Assembly: GCA_002633005.1 (NCBI GenBank)
Contig: NMRA01000709.1
Span: forward strand, 119,380-183,379
Source of the DNA: Phoronis australis
Taxonomy: Eukaryota; Animalia; Phoronida
Direction: 5' to 3'
Length of the DNA stretch: 64,000 nucleotides
In this document: piece after piece, positions 24,576-36,228 of the stretch
How the letters are laid out: the number at the start of each line of letters is the position of its first letter
Numbering within the stretch: position 1 is the first letter of the stretch
Notes under the pieces: generated by a model
The model's database searches: none
Told to the model about the DNA's origin: nothing
What the model saw: the letters and a program-made list of their open reading frames with translations, nothing else
Made by a program: the position numbers and the translations under genes

Positions 24576-27500
24576 CTTCTTTGGCATAGTCATCAAATGT
24601 CTTTGAGCTCCGCGGAGGTATGACATCAGAGCTGAGCCATCAATGATGATGGTATCTCCTTCTGGTTCGCTTTCTGGTAGAGTGACTCCGGATTCAAGAA
24701 TGTCCGTCAGCTGTGACTTTTGGGATGTATGGAGCTTGCCGTTGTCACTGAGTGAAGCCGGAGCTGCCTGGTTCTCATGAGCGAAGAACTCTTGCAAATC
24801 ACACTGTCTAACCTGGCAGGAGATGAATAGTCTGGAGAACAAATGACAGTCTTATTTCATGAACTTTTCCTTGGAACTACAGGCAACCTTTTCATGTTTA
24901 AAGACGGCAACCTTGTTCTTCTTTATTGGGCGGTAGAATGCCCTTGTATCTTGACTCTCCAGTCCTTCTACAAATAACTTGAATTGTTGTTTTCCTCTCT
25001 CATGATGTGTTGCACCGAGCTCAGCTAGCGCTGGATCTGCAATAGTCTTTGTGTGTAGAACCAGTAGGTCTGCTATCTCTTCTTGAAAGGGGTTGCCCAT
25101 GTCCTTCAGGACTCTTTGTAGCACCTTGACCTTCTCAAGGAATGCCCGCTGGGTACTTACGTGGTGTTTAGTGGTGATAGCTGTGTCCTTAACGCTTGAT
25201 ATGGTTTCATAGCCAGAAACTAAACTACTCACTTCTGGTCCAGCTACCATCCATCTCCTCAGTGCTGCAGGATCCTCAGTTAGCTCAACAGCTCCACCAT
25301 CACTTTTGATGACTGCATTGTTTTGTTCGTGAGCTTGATCTGTCACCATTGCCGAAAACTCACATTTTGATTTGTGAATGACAAAGTTCCTCTTGTGAAA
25401 CTCCTTGGAGACATCTTGGTGTTGGTGATCAAGAGACATCATATCCCACCATTGCTTTGGGAGTCATCTGGCATAGTTTGTATTGTTGTTCGCGAAGAAG
25501 TATGGAATCAGTTCTGTCAAGGATTCTCGGTAGGGTTCAAAGTGTCCTTCCCTAAAAGAGCGGACCAAGAGAAAGATGGCAAGTTCTATATCCAGCACCA
25601 GATTCCAAAACTGGAATTGTGGCCTCGTACTCCTCTGCCTCTCACGCCAGTCTTCAAATGCCATAGGAGTATTGCCAGACACCTCACACTCGGAGCAGTG
25701 GTCACGCTGAACTTCCTTCGTCAATCTGTACAATCTGCATGGTGTGATTTGGTGGGCAAGTCTTGTCCTGGTGACACTTGACACTGTCAGGAATGACTCT
25801 ACTGTACCAGATGATGCCACACTTGCTTCAGCAATAGTTCTAGTCCAGCCACTGTCTTCTAGGAGGGTCCCTATTTATCTAAGTGCAGCCATCTCAATGT
25901 GAAGTCCCCTGAACATGATGACGAACTTGTCCTGTCCATACCCCTCTGACCACTGCCACTGGATATGCTTAGCAAGAGCAAACAGGGGCTGGTCAACAGC
26001 TATAACTGGGGTTTGTCCTGGGTTCAGGAAAGCCACTGTGTTTTGAATCTTATGCATGCAGTGCTTGATTGTGGCAACCGAGTTGGCCTGGTGAAGAATT
26101 ATAGGCATTACTGAGGTAAGGCTCACTTCGAATGACTGGCTGATGTTCTGTGCAGCATGATGGGTTGCTCGTGACACATTTACCCCGTCTTCAATGGTCT
26201 CGGTTAGTGATATCTTTTCCAACCACATGTAATCTTTCTTCATGTGTGACTTGATTGACTCGGGTGTAGGGTAAATATGACTTGTAATTGTAGGAGGATT
26301 GCGATTCTTTGTGATGCAAGCTGGTCGAACGTTGTGAAATCCTCAGGAAGCTCTGGGACTTTCTTGACCTTGACATCTGAATTGAGTTTCAGGGCTTCAC
26401 GTTCTTCACCAGGGTATTCAGAACTTGGGTGCTGAAAGAGGGACATACTGGTACCATGGAAGGAAGATTGAGCTGTAGTTGCAGTCGGGTTGTGGTCAAT
26501 GTTGTCCACCGCAGAAGTCGTGAACATGTGCTTTTGCAGGACTGGTGAGCGGACGACTCCATCTTCAACGTACTGTGCCACAACAGTCTCTCCAAGGTGG
26601 GCTGAGATTTTACGGACCCTGTCATAGGAAACACTGATTCCGTTCTCATGGAGCATCACAATTAGTTGTCTCTTCCTTGTTTTGGCAAAGACAGACAAGC
26701 CAACATACATGGCAAAGGGGGTCTCCGGGTCCTTGGCATGCCTGTTAAATTGTGATCCAGGGGATGTGGCTGACTGCTGAAACAAAAGTACTACCTCTAC
26801 CACTACACCCGTACACCCTATGCATAATATATAATCAGCTATTGATAAAAGACAAATGCAGCATGACCAAAGCATTTGCCCAGACAAAAATCATATAAAT
26901 TGACCGAATTAAAGAGTATAATTGTCTATATCTGGACAATATATGTAATTGAGAGTGTTCACAGTGTCCAAAATGAATTGGGCATACCCAAAACTATAAC
27001 ATTTGACCCCAAGATTGTTAAAATCGGTTGGGTATATACTGATTTACAAGGAAAATCATTGTCACGAACACTGGACGGCGGCCATCTTGAAAAATGGCCG
27101 CCATCTTGGATTTTCAGGTGGCTAGTCAGACAGATCTCTTAAGTATGCTATTATGAGTCATTATGGAAAATTTGGTGCTTGTATCATCATTTGCACATTT
27201 CTGGTGCGTATTTGCACTTATCTGCCCAGCCATAACCTTAAAATACTTTTGCATTATTTTGAAGAGAAATTATTTAACTAATCATAATTGGTGTTTTTTA
27301 AGTCAAAATGACCCACTGATAGTGAACACATTCGCACCCTTACACCCCGAATCTTCCGAAAAATAACTATTACACTACAGTCACGCATCCACTCACCCGG
27401 CGACTCAATGAGTGACATATCGGTCTTACTGAAACAATTCTCGAACGTTTTTTTAGCAGGTGAGGCCAGCAAGTGCTAAGCTAAATATTAAAGCACGTTC

Positions 27501-29479
27501 TGCTTGACTGCTCGAGTTAATTTCTTTGGATATAATGCACACCTAGATCATTACATCGCATTTACTCTGGCAAATGAATTCTGATGACAAGCACACGCAC
27601 GTTTACTCTCACACACACGCATACAAACTTCAAAACAAACGTCATGTGACAACAACATGTGCGTTCCTCCAGAGATTTTTCTCGTGTTGCGGGCTACAAT
27701 CTAGCGCAGATTTGGACTAAATCTGCAGTTAATCCAGACTCCACAAGAACTTAAAAATCTTAGAGATGCTGTTTGGAAAACTTGAGGAGGATTTCAGGTA
27801 ATTTGTTGAGTCGAAGCTGTATTCTTATTCAAGAATTCAAGCCCTATCGACGATTGCGAGACCGGCAGCTACGCATTTGTCTGTGACGGAGATTTCGTCC
27901 TGGGATCTCGGCACAATTTTCTGAAAAATGATCGTAATTTAACAACGAATTTTGATAGCAATGCACCACAATTTTGTAGAAAATAAATAATAATATTCTG
28001 CACGCTTTATCTTAGCGTGTTGTGCTTACGTTAAAGTGAGTCGACGCAGAACCGGTGATTGTGCAGAGGTGTTATCCTCAAAATTGCCCATGTTGGCTTG
28101 GTTCTGGTTAAGCAAAAACAACTTTTTTTCACTACCATCCGCCGTGGAGTATTTGTTACTGTTTCTTTCAAGGGAAATATTGTTGACAGTTTCCAAGATA
28201 TGTTTTCTTGCCGCCCTCAAAATGAGCGCTGCATACTTTATGCTATGAAGTCGCAAAGAATTCACTAAGTCGGCCTTTGCTACCAGCTCTACCGATGTGT
28301 GTGACCCATGTTTAACGCAGTTCTTGATCCTTGGGAAACAGGTAGTAACTAAATTTTTTATCTCGCTAAGTGGTATTATATCAGCCAGGCACACAACACG
28401 TATAACCTCCCTGTGGCCGGTTCGCCCCCACGCTTTCCGACGTACTTGTTTACCGGTTTAACTGCAATGCAACATTCTGACCAATTTCCAATATGACGGC
28501 GTTGCAACTTCGCTGTTGGAGACCTATCTCTCTTTTGAACTGTGATGTTAAATTAATAACTAAAGTAATCGCAATCAAAAATTGCGTCACATCATATCAG
28601 AAGCAATGAATTAATTAGAGGCTTCACAATAGCCAATCATGAAATCAAAATTGCACGGTATGCAGACGATACTGTTCTTTTCTTTGAAGACGTAGAATCT
28701 GGCAATAACTGTTTTTGACTTTTAGATTATTTTGGAACATTATCTGGACTCCATTTGAATTTTGAAAAATTCCAAGGGATGTTTGCCTCAACAATGGACC
28801 GAAATTGTTAACCACTTTACGAAATCAGCTGGCCCCAAAAGTCCATTGAAAGTCTAGGAATATTCTTTGATGGAAAATGGGATGATGCTGAAAACTCAAT
28901 TTTGATGATAAAATTCAAAAACTTTAAAGACCTGTTTAGTATTTAGAAAATACGAAATTAGTCCATAAAAGGCAGATTCTTCCTTACGAAAACTTTGGAT
29001 TTATCGAAACTCTTTCATGTGGTGTCAACTGTGGGTATCGCCAAAAAAGAATTTGTGAAGTTAATGAACGTATCAGAGAATTTATTTGGTTATTTAATAA
29101 ATGAGCCACAAAAATTAAAGAAACTGTGACTATTTCGCCATATCAAGAGGGTGGTTTGAAATATCCTAACATGGAACTGATCAAGTTATTAAACTTTTTA
29201 TTTAATTGGGTCAAGCGTTTTAATACAGAGGATGAGGCAAGTTGGAAGATATACCCGAGGCATCTTTTCAGTCGTATTGGCGGTGTCCTCATTCTTTCAT
29301 CCAATTTTCAACTGAAAACCCTAAAATGCAAAATTAAGAACCCTTTTTACAAAGATGCTCTCACAACCTTGGATATTCTTAATCCTGAAATATTTAATGA
29401 AGTACCAATAGCCAAACAAGTGATAAGGAACAATTGTAACTTTTAAGAATTATTTACCGTTAACAGTTTTAACTGTTAA

Positions 29480-30170
29480 TGTTCCTAGCATGGATGGCAT
29501 GGCACAAGCAAATTTTCAGATGGCTGAGACTACTGATGTGCAACTTGGTAGTGATTTTTATCTGTCAAGTTTCTTGGCAGATTTTTATGAAATATGTCAA
29601 ATATGTTTCTATTATAGCGGCAACTATAACTTCCATTTTCAGACTGATTCAATTGATTTTACTCCCCTCTAGTGGCCTCCATAGTTGTTTTTTCGTCTGT
29701 TTTTGGTGTCTGCCTTTTTTCTGCCAATGTAAATCACATATTTGACTACTGTAGCACCACCTGGTGGACATTTTGCTATCAAGGGGTTTTCATCTGTTGC
29801 TTGGGGGAAGACAGAGCAATTTTGGATGATATCTGAAAAACGATTGGTGGATGTCAACAAAACTAGACACAACTGACATATTTGATGACAATGCATCAGA
29901 CCCTTTGTTTTGGGGGTTGGATTTGTCCACTGCAACATTTTGACCTGCTACTTTTCATGTGTTGTTTGGGTGAATAGTGTTTCTGGATGGTATCTAGTGA
30001 GCCGGTTAACAGATATCAATGAAAATTTACGTAATGGCATATGGTAACCATGTGTCAGTACTATTTTGTTCTCAACAAGGGGCTTTTCTGTGTGTTGTCT
30101 GGGGGAAGAGCATTTCCAGATAATTTGTAGAGAAATGATTGGTGGATTACAAGAAGACTTGACTCAGAGG
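29480..30170. repeat. Old degraded satellite-bearing repeat with CTCF-like motifs
   Basis: CCCTCTAGTGGC (~29666) and GCACCACCTGGTGG (~29754); diverged repeated blocks (TGGGGAAGA..., GATTGGTGGAT). Confidence 0.35.
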
Positions 30171-30311
30171 TACAGATTGACTGCTAATTTTATTTTCTAC
30201 TTTCTTCCAATACAATATAGCTAAGTCTTTTAAGCTAATTTTGTTTGTTTAAATAGTAGTATAGACCTCTATTCACAGTGTTTTAGACATCTTTTGGTCC
30301 TTGTTTTCCAG

Positions 30312-30388
30312 ATTCCCAACACCACTTGAACTGGACCCCTTCAGAGACTCTTGGGACAGAAGGGATCCCTACAGAGATCCTTATAGAG
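30312..30388 (+). CDS. YLPM1: YLPM1-like exon B (FPTPLELDPFRDSWDRRDPYRDPYR)
   Basis: TTTTCCAG acceptor, G|GTAAGA donor; phase 2 in, phase 1 out; RDPY repeats fit neighbouring exons. Confidence 0.85.
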
Positions 30389-30821
30389 GTAAGACTTAGC
30401 ATTTAGCGATGCAGTCTTGAATCAGTGGGAAACTTGATACCCCAGCCCGTGGCATATTGTCACTGCCTCCAACTACACAATGGTCCGACATACCAGTTTA
30501 ATCTAAAAACCCATCGAAATTCGAGAAAAAACAAATTAGTTCTCCTCTTGGCACACAACAATGGATACTGTGGACAGACTCAGCAATGATTTTTTCACCT
30601 CCGGGTTGTGACGTATTTTCGGAATATAGCCGAAATAGAAAATTTTCTGTTCTCAACATTTTGTGGGGAAGTGTTTTTTAAACGAATTATAAATGAATCT
30701 GTGGGATGAAATAAAAAGAAAATGTTAATGCGGTTCTCAAGCAAACTTTATTAACAATCAACACATGTGTATACATAATATTAACAATTACAACGAAATA
30801 GCTTTCAACCTATCACTTTAA

Positions 30822-31970
30822 CTCATTCGACCCTGAGCACCATATGGAATAAATTGCTTAGTGGCCTGGCTGAGCTGTGGAATGTCTACCCCCTTGAAGT
30901 CGGAGGGTATTTCACTCAGAACTAGGTCACAAGCACTGCACATAATTAAAACCTCATCACTCAGTCATTAGTAAACATATACTTACCAAATTTTCAGCAA
31001 TACATCTTGAGTAAATGAGCTTCATGTCGATATAAAATTTATCCAAGTTCAATATCGATAAAGGGTTGAACAAGTAGTTTTACTTTTTGTTTTCCAGAAA
31101 CAGAGACGTTTGTTTACAAATAATCCATTTAAATTTCCAGAAAACATGTCAAGAAAGTTTTCTGTGTAGCATATCCTCATCATAAACTAGATCACTGAAA
31201 TCTGTATCTAAATCTGACCTCTGAGTGCCATCGGTATCCACCCTTTCATATCCATAATCACTGAAGTCTGTATCTAAATGTGACCAGTGTCATCAGTATT
31301 CACACTATCCTCCATAATAAAAACTTCAAGAACTGTGAGAGAGCAGCAGAGATGATGTCCGTATAATATCAAGGCAGCAATTTCAAGTGAGTGTGTGCAC
31401 AGTGCTAGTCACAGAGTAGAGTGTTCCTAGTAACTGAATATTTTGTTATTGTTTCAGGTCAGTTCAAATAAAATAAACAGGAGCACCCTAGCAGATGATT
31501 AAGTGGTGACAGCAGTGTTATGTAACACCAATTAGGCTACAATTCAGGGCAATTAGCTTCATTCTAGTCTTCAAATCAAACAAACATACTATATTTCAGG
31601 GAGGAATATATTTATAACCTTTCAAAAGTTACCACAACAACCACTACAAAGTTAACACGCTTCCTGGTTTTTCCTTGAATTGATAATTTGCTTGTGAAGA
31701 AATGGTTCTAAATTCCAGAAATAACAGCCAATAGGCATTAACTTCACAAACAAGAAGTTAACACAGAGTATGGTGTCTCAATCCTCATTGGATAGAAAAC
31801 TGGGAATACCCTAGATATATTTAAACTTAAACCAATAAATTGCTGCCTTCTATCCCTCCTGAAGGCGTGATCCGCCTGTGAGATACATTCTTAGATAACG
31901 CCTCCAGACGGCATCAGACCCTGAGTGAAAATAAACAGTCACGCCATAAGCGGGATCAGGGAGGAATGAG
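30822..31970. mobile_element. piggyBac-like non-autonomous element
   Basis: TTAA|CTCATTCGACCCTGA...TCAGGGAGGAATGAG|TTAA; acidic coding-like remnant on minus strand ~31150-31320. Confidence 0.75.
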
Positions 31971-33631
31971 TTAAAAAAAGGTACTCATGATGGTCAGCCT
32001 GCTCAGGGAGGGACTGCTTCCCTTTCCCTTGCTGGCTGTCCCTCATGACAAAGCCTTCCTAACAATAGCTCTATAGTGAGCCAGCCAACCACACTTGTGC
32101 AATATTACATAATCATCGATAAGGCCTTGAGAACATATCAGTAGAATTCACCTTTATAACTACTTAGGCATTTATGTAAAATTTTAGTTCCATATTACTA
32201 AGTCTTGATTAAAACCCATCATATACGGACATCGAATGGCAAAAATTGATGCACAACTTGCCGAGAAACAAAAAAACTTGTGAACATTTAGCATTGAGGC
32301 ATTAATACGCATGTTACATGGCTTGAATCAGATGTTCAGTTTTGTTAATAAATGTGGACATTCTCCATTCAGAACCCTTTATTTATACTCTATGAACATC
32401 ATTCTCTTGATAAATTTGCCAATTAATTGAAAGAATGTTGCTCATTTTCAAGTTGCTGAGAACTCGATCTTTCTGCGCGCGCATTAATAACCGTGTAATA
32501 AACTTCAGCGTTGACTTCTAATGTCAGAACCTGTCCGAAGTTTTAGAAATAGGCAATATTGGCCTTCCAAATTCGTGAAATATGAGAAAGTCGGCAAAAA
32601 TTGACAGTGTCCGAAATCTTAGAATTTAGGCATATGCAATCGGGTGCCGACATTTGCAGTTTTAGGCGATTTGAACTTGCGTGCAGATTAGTGATCGTTA
32701 TTGCTGACAAGAAATTCACACGAGCTTAAACAGCGATGTTGCTGACTATGAACAGGAGTGACTCACCAAACTTTGTGATAGGAAATAATGTATGTATTTG
32801 TCGTGTAACACGCCTTGACTGATTATTCGTAATATCCATTGGTGCTCAACGAAGTTCACGTTAACTGTTCGCAAACCAAGCAAACGATGCAACTGCAGGT
32901 ATTATATGTTACCCTGCTTTGTTTCTGGGGCAGCACGTGCGACATACTTAGTCACCTGTCACTCAAATAGACTAGCGAAACAGCGTAGCTGCCAACGAGA
33001 TACAAGTAAATAAGGTCCGGACTTTTATTTGGCAATTATAGAACTGTTGCTTTATGAGTCTGATGTATATTCAATCAATAAAAGTTTGCAATTGTTATTC
33101 TGAAACATAGCAATAGGCCAGATTACAACTTGACCGAAGAGCCTGCGTAGTTCTAATCGCAAAACACCACCAAGCGCAAGTGACTGTTCACGTGTAGCCG
33201 GCTACAAGTGCGTTAACTACTTGGATGCAGCTAATTATGCTTTACTATAAAAGCGGTTCGTCCCGATAATCTCGGCCCTTGCATTCCCGATACTGCTGTT
33301 GGAATTTTATCTGTCCCATGTTCACTCCAGCCCAGTAACAATGCCGTCTGCTCGTGAATGAATTCAATTTATATTTTATGCATGTAGGCGGATTTAGATT
33401 GAACTTCGTTTCGGGACCAGGTTTCGTTTTTCAAATCACGCTATCATGAGTGGTCAAACTATCCATGAAAGTGATGGGACAGGTACAAATGGAGCAACTT
33501 TCACTAAAGATTAATAGGTCCACACACTGTTTTAGATGGTTTCAAAATTCTTAACCTTGGTGCGAGAAAGACGAAGCATTTCGTGTAGAATACTAAATGG
33601 GCTAGTAAATAGAATGTGAGTAGGTAGACAA

Positions 33632-33633
<2 letters not shown>

Positions 33634-33690
<57 letters not shown>
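33634..33690. repeat. (AT)n microsatellite
   Basis: Perfect AT dinucleotide run. Confidence 0.98.
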
Positions 33691-33693
<3 letters not shown>

Positions 33694-33963
33694 CATGAAC
33701 ATTTTTAACGTATTCTGGGTGACATTAACGAGAACGTGGATTTTTGCATTTCACAAAATTTGTTTTACTTGCCACTGAACAACATCGTTTTGGCGATTCG
33801 GGCGCCTGGCAAAGTGAAGGTCTGGTCCGCTTCGGGAGGAAGTTAAGTGAGCTGCAGGTTCACAGAAAAAAATTGAAGCTGTGAACCTGAAATCTGACTT
33901 GGTAACACAATGCCAGTCTCATCACCGGTGCTTATTACTTAGCTGTTAATCCAAATAGCGTGA

Positions 33964-34234
33964 CAGTGGCGAATCTAGGATACCATAAGGGGGGGACATG
34001 TTGCCTTGGGAAATTGGGGTAAGTGCAATTGTATGCGCACAGGGGCCTGAAAGTTGTAGGGACCGGAATGTGGTGGACCTTCCGTTCAGAAAATCTATCG
34101 ATGCGAGCCCCCCCTCATGCGCTACCAGTCCTAGTTACTGAACTCAATATTTCCTCAAGCTTCACACTGGGGTTTTTTCAGTTTGCTTGCGGCTGCCAAG
34201 GGGGAGGGCCTGGGCCCCCCTAAGTCTGCCTATG
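33964..34234. mobile_element. Short MITE (CAGTGGCGGATCTAG-type termini)
   Basis: CAGTGGCGAATCTAG...CTAAGTCTGCCTATG; flanks CGTGA/CGTGG (5-bp TSD, one mismatch). Confidence 0.6.
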
Positions 34235-34611
34235 CGTGGCACTGTGGCAATTACGCGAAAGTCAGAGAATTTACAGTTTATTTGCATAATGAAACCGCAA
34301 TCAAGCTTGAGAAATGATTCGACTGCGATCCGCCTCGATAACTACAAAGTGCGCAGTGGCAGATCTAGGATATCACAAGGTGGGGTCCAACATTTTGTCC
34401 GGCTGTAAGCATTTGCGCAAACTGAAGCACGATTGTAGATGCGCATAGCACCGAATGGGGGGAGGTCTGGAATGGGGTTTGCCACCCTCCCGTCCAGGAA
34501 ATTTTTCTGTTTTTACCTCTAAAACTCAAGCATTTTCCTTGATTCTTGAAGTATTATCCAAGAAAAAAGGAAAAAAAACAAAAAACCCACGGAGAATGTG
34601 TCAAACAGGAA

Positions 34612-34688
34612 AAACTGCAAGTACCAGACTTGAACTCACGACCTGGTGGATAGAAAGCGCGTGCGTTACCATTACACCACCACAGTTT
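34612..34688 (-). pseudogene. tRNA-like sequence (pseudo-tRNA or SINE head)
   Basis: Minus strand AAACTGTGGTGGTGTAATGGTAACGCACGCGCTTTCTATCCACCAGGTCGTGAGTTCAAGTCTGGTACTTGCAGTTT: A-box TGGTGTAATGG, B-box GAGTTCAAGTC, AAACTG/CAGTTT acceptor-like stem; anticodon arm does not pair. Confidence 0.6.
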
Positions 34689-34694
34689 AACTAC

Positions 34695-36228
34695 TTATTT
34701 TTATGCGCCCACATATTTATATGTGGACTCATTATGCCGTCATCTCCGTCCGTCCGTCCGTCCGGGCGGCGTCCGTCCGGCGTCCGCTGCGCCATCTCCA
34801 AAACCCTTTGACATACGTTCATGAAATTTGGCACATATGTTCCATTCATGAATGGGACGGCATGTGCGAACTTTCGGACAGGTCCGAGTACCGGTGTGCC
34901 CCCTAGTGGCAATTTTAGTTTTTTACGCTTACCTTTGTAGCTTCACAAGTCCTTATTGGATTTTCATGAAATTTGGTACGTAGGTACCTGTTAGTGAGAT
35001 GACGCTATCCTCCCATTTTCAGATGGATTCGACATATTTTGCGCCACCTAGTGGCCATTTTTAGTGTTTTCGAGTCTGTTTTTGTGCGTCCACCCTTCTA
35101 TCAACCAAACCGCTCAAAGGATGATTGTGAAAATTGGCATGTATATGCTTACTATGTAGAGGACGGTTGGCGATGATTTTCCGACGATTTCGACTACTGT
35201 GGCGCCTCCTAGTGGCAGTTTTGTTTTTTTAGCGCCTATGGCTGTATCTCCTAAACCGTTCGCAGGACCTTTACGGAATTGTGTAAGTATATTTATATGA
35301 TGTTAACAACGGAAGATCACGACTTTTGGACGGATTGGACTACCGGTGTGCCCCCTAGTGGCAATTTTAACTTTTTTTCGTTTACCTTTGTATCTTCACA
35401 AGTCCTTATTGGATTTTCATGAAATTTGGTACGTAGGCACCTGTTAGTGAGATGACGCTATCCTCCCATTTTCAGATGGATTCGACATAGTTTGCGCCAC
35501 CTAGTGGCCATTTTTAGTGTTTTCGAGTCTGTTTTTGTGCGTCCACCCCTCTATCAACCAAACCGCTCAAAGGATGATTGTGAAAATTGGCATGTATGTG
35601 TTTACTATAAGGAAGACGGCTGACAATGATTTTCAGATGATTTGGACTACTGTGGCACCTCCTAGTGGTAGTTTTGTTTTTTTGCGCCCATGGCTGTATC
35701 CCAAACCGTTTGCAGGATCTTTACTAAATTTAGCAAGTGTATTTATGTGATGTTGACAACGGACCATGACGACTTTAGGATGATTCTGACTACCGGTATT
35801 CCTCTAGTGGCAATTTTAGTATTTGCCTCTAGTGGCAATTTTAGTATTTTACATTGACCTCTTTATTTTCTTCAGGTGTGTTCTTTGTGTTACTTCGTGA
35901 CTATGAAGGAAAAGTTCCAAGTAGAAATTTGATTCTGGCATTCTAATGCTGTGCTAATCTCGTTTGTTGGTAAATTTGTTTTTAATTCTATGTTTCTGTG
36001 GTGCTTTAAGCAACTGGTGTATAGGATGTGGTTATATTATGAAGATCACTCACATTTTGCCCCTAGCCTGTTGAGGAGACGAGGACCATGCCTTTCCATT
36101 TTGCAAAGTACAACATACTACATATATGCCCTCTACTGGCCACTTGATGGTACCAATAAACAACCCTAGAAGGATACCGTATGCGGTGCAATTGTGGGCG
36201 CATTTCAACGCTTTGCGTTGCTCTTGTT
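34695..36228 (+). mobile_element. DINE-1/Helentron-associated element (HINE-like), copy 1, with ~452-bp higher-order satellite core
   Basis: subTIR ATGCGCCCACA (34703) / TGTGGGCGCAT (36193), 5' palindrome CCACATAT-TT-ATATGTGG, (CCGT)n microsatellite, 3' hairpin CAACGC-TTT-GCGTTG, T-rich ends, no TSD. Confidence 0.85.

Larger units (their letters stand above)
22600..26745 (-). pseudogene. Fragmented Academ transposase with XPG/PIN-like nuclease and C-terminal Cys cluster
   Basis: ORF fragments AVDNIDHNPTATTAQSSFHGTSMSLFQH, PGQTPVIAVDQPLFALAKHIQW, DQAHEQNN, FFAHENQ, IIDGSAL, CSHKEAHTR, DTDVVV, FHAFTGCDVVSGF, IPPT, and a terminal KCC...CKC...C...LC.C stretch. Confidence 0.88.
22104..27232 (-). 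mobile_element. Academ (AcademX-type) DNA transposon, internally deleted
   Basis: TAA|TAGCTGGGCAGATA...TATCTGCCCAGCCA|TAA (3-bp TSD, TAG terminus); ~150-bp imperfect TIRs; Academ-type coding remnants inside. Confidence 0.88.
21512..27990. mobile_element. Tc1/mariner-like MITE, copy 2 (right end missing), split by Academ
   Basis: Starts CCGCTATTCGCCCTAATAAG; 21512-22103 and 27236-27990 are collinear with 52688-53940. Confidence 0.75.
21356..28514. mobile_element. TIR element (ISL2EU/PIF-like by termini) inserted in the LINE RT and hosting further insertions
   Basis: AT|AGCGGAGTTGCAAC...GTTGCAACTTCGCT|GT; removal rejoins LINE codons GAC AAT|TGG AGA CCT (DN-WRPISLL). Superfamily inferred from the probable 2-bp AT TSD only. 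Confidence 0.65.
19129..29446 (+). pseudogene. Decayed L1/Tx1-clade LINE ORF2 (APE endonuclease + reverse transcriptase), interrupted by insertions
   Basis: APE motifs YDIVYLQETY, EWGG, GDFN, DVWRENNP, SRID, SDHSAI; PGLWKFN; RSKAQW; RT motifs KTPGNDGISYEFYK, WRPISLLNCDVK (28517-), YADD (~28660); GGLKYPN. Many stops and frameshifts. Confidence 0.92.
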
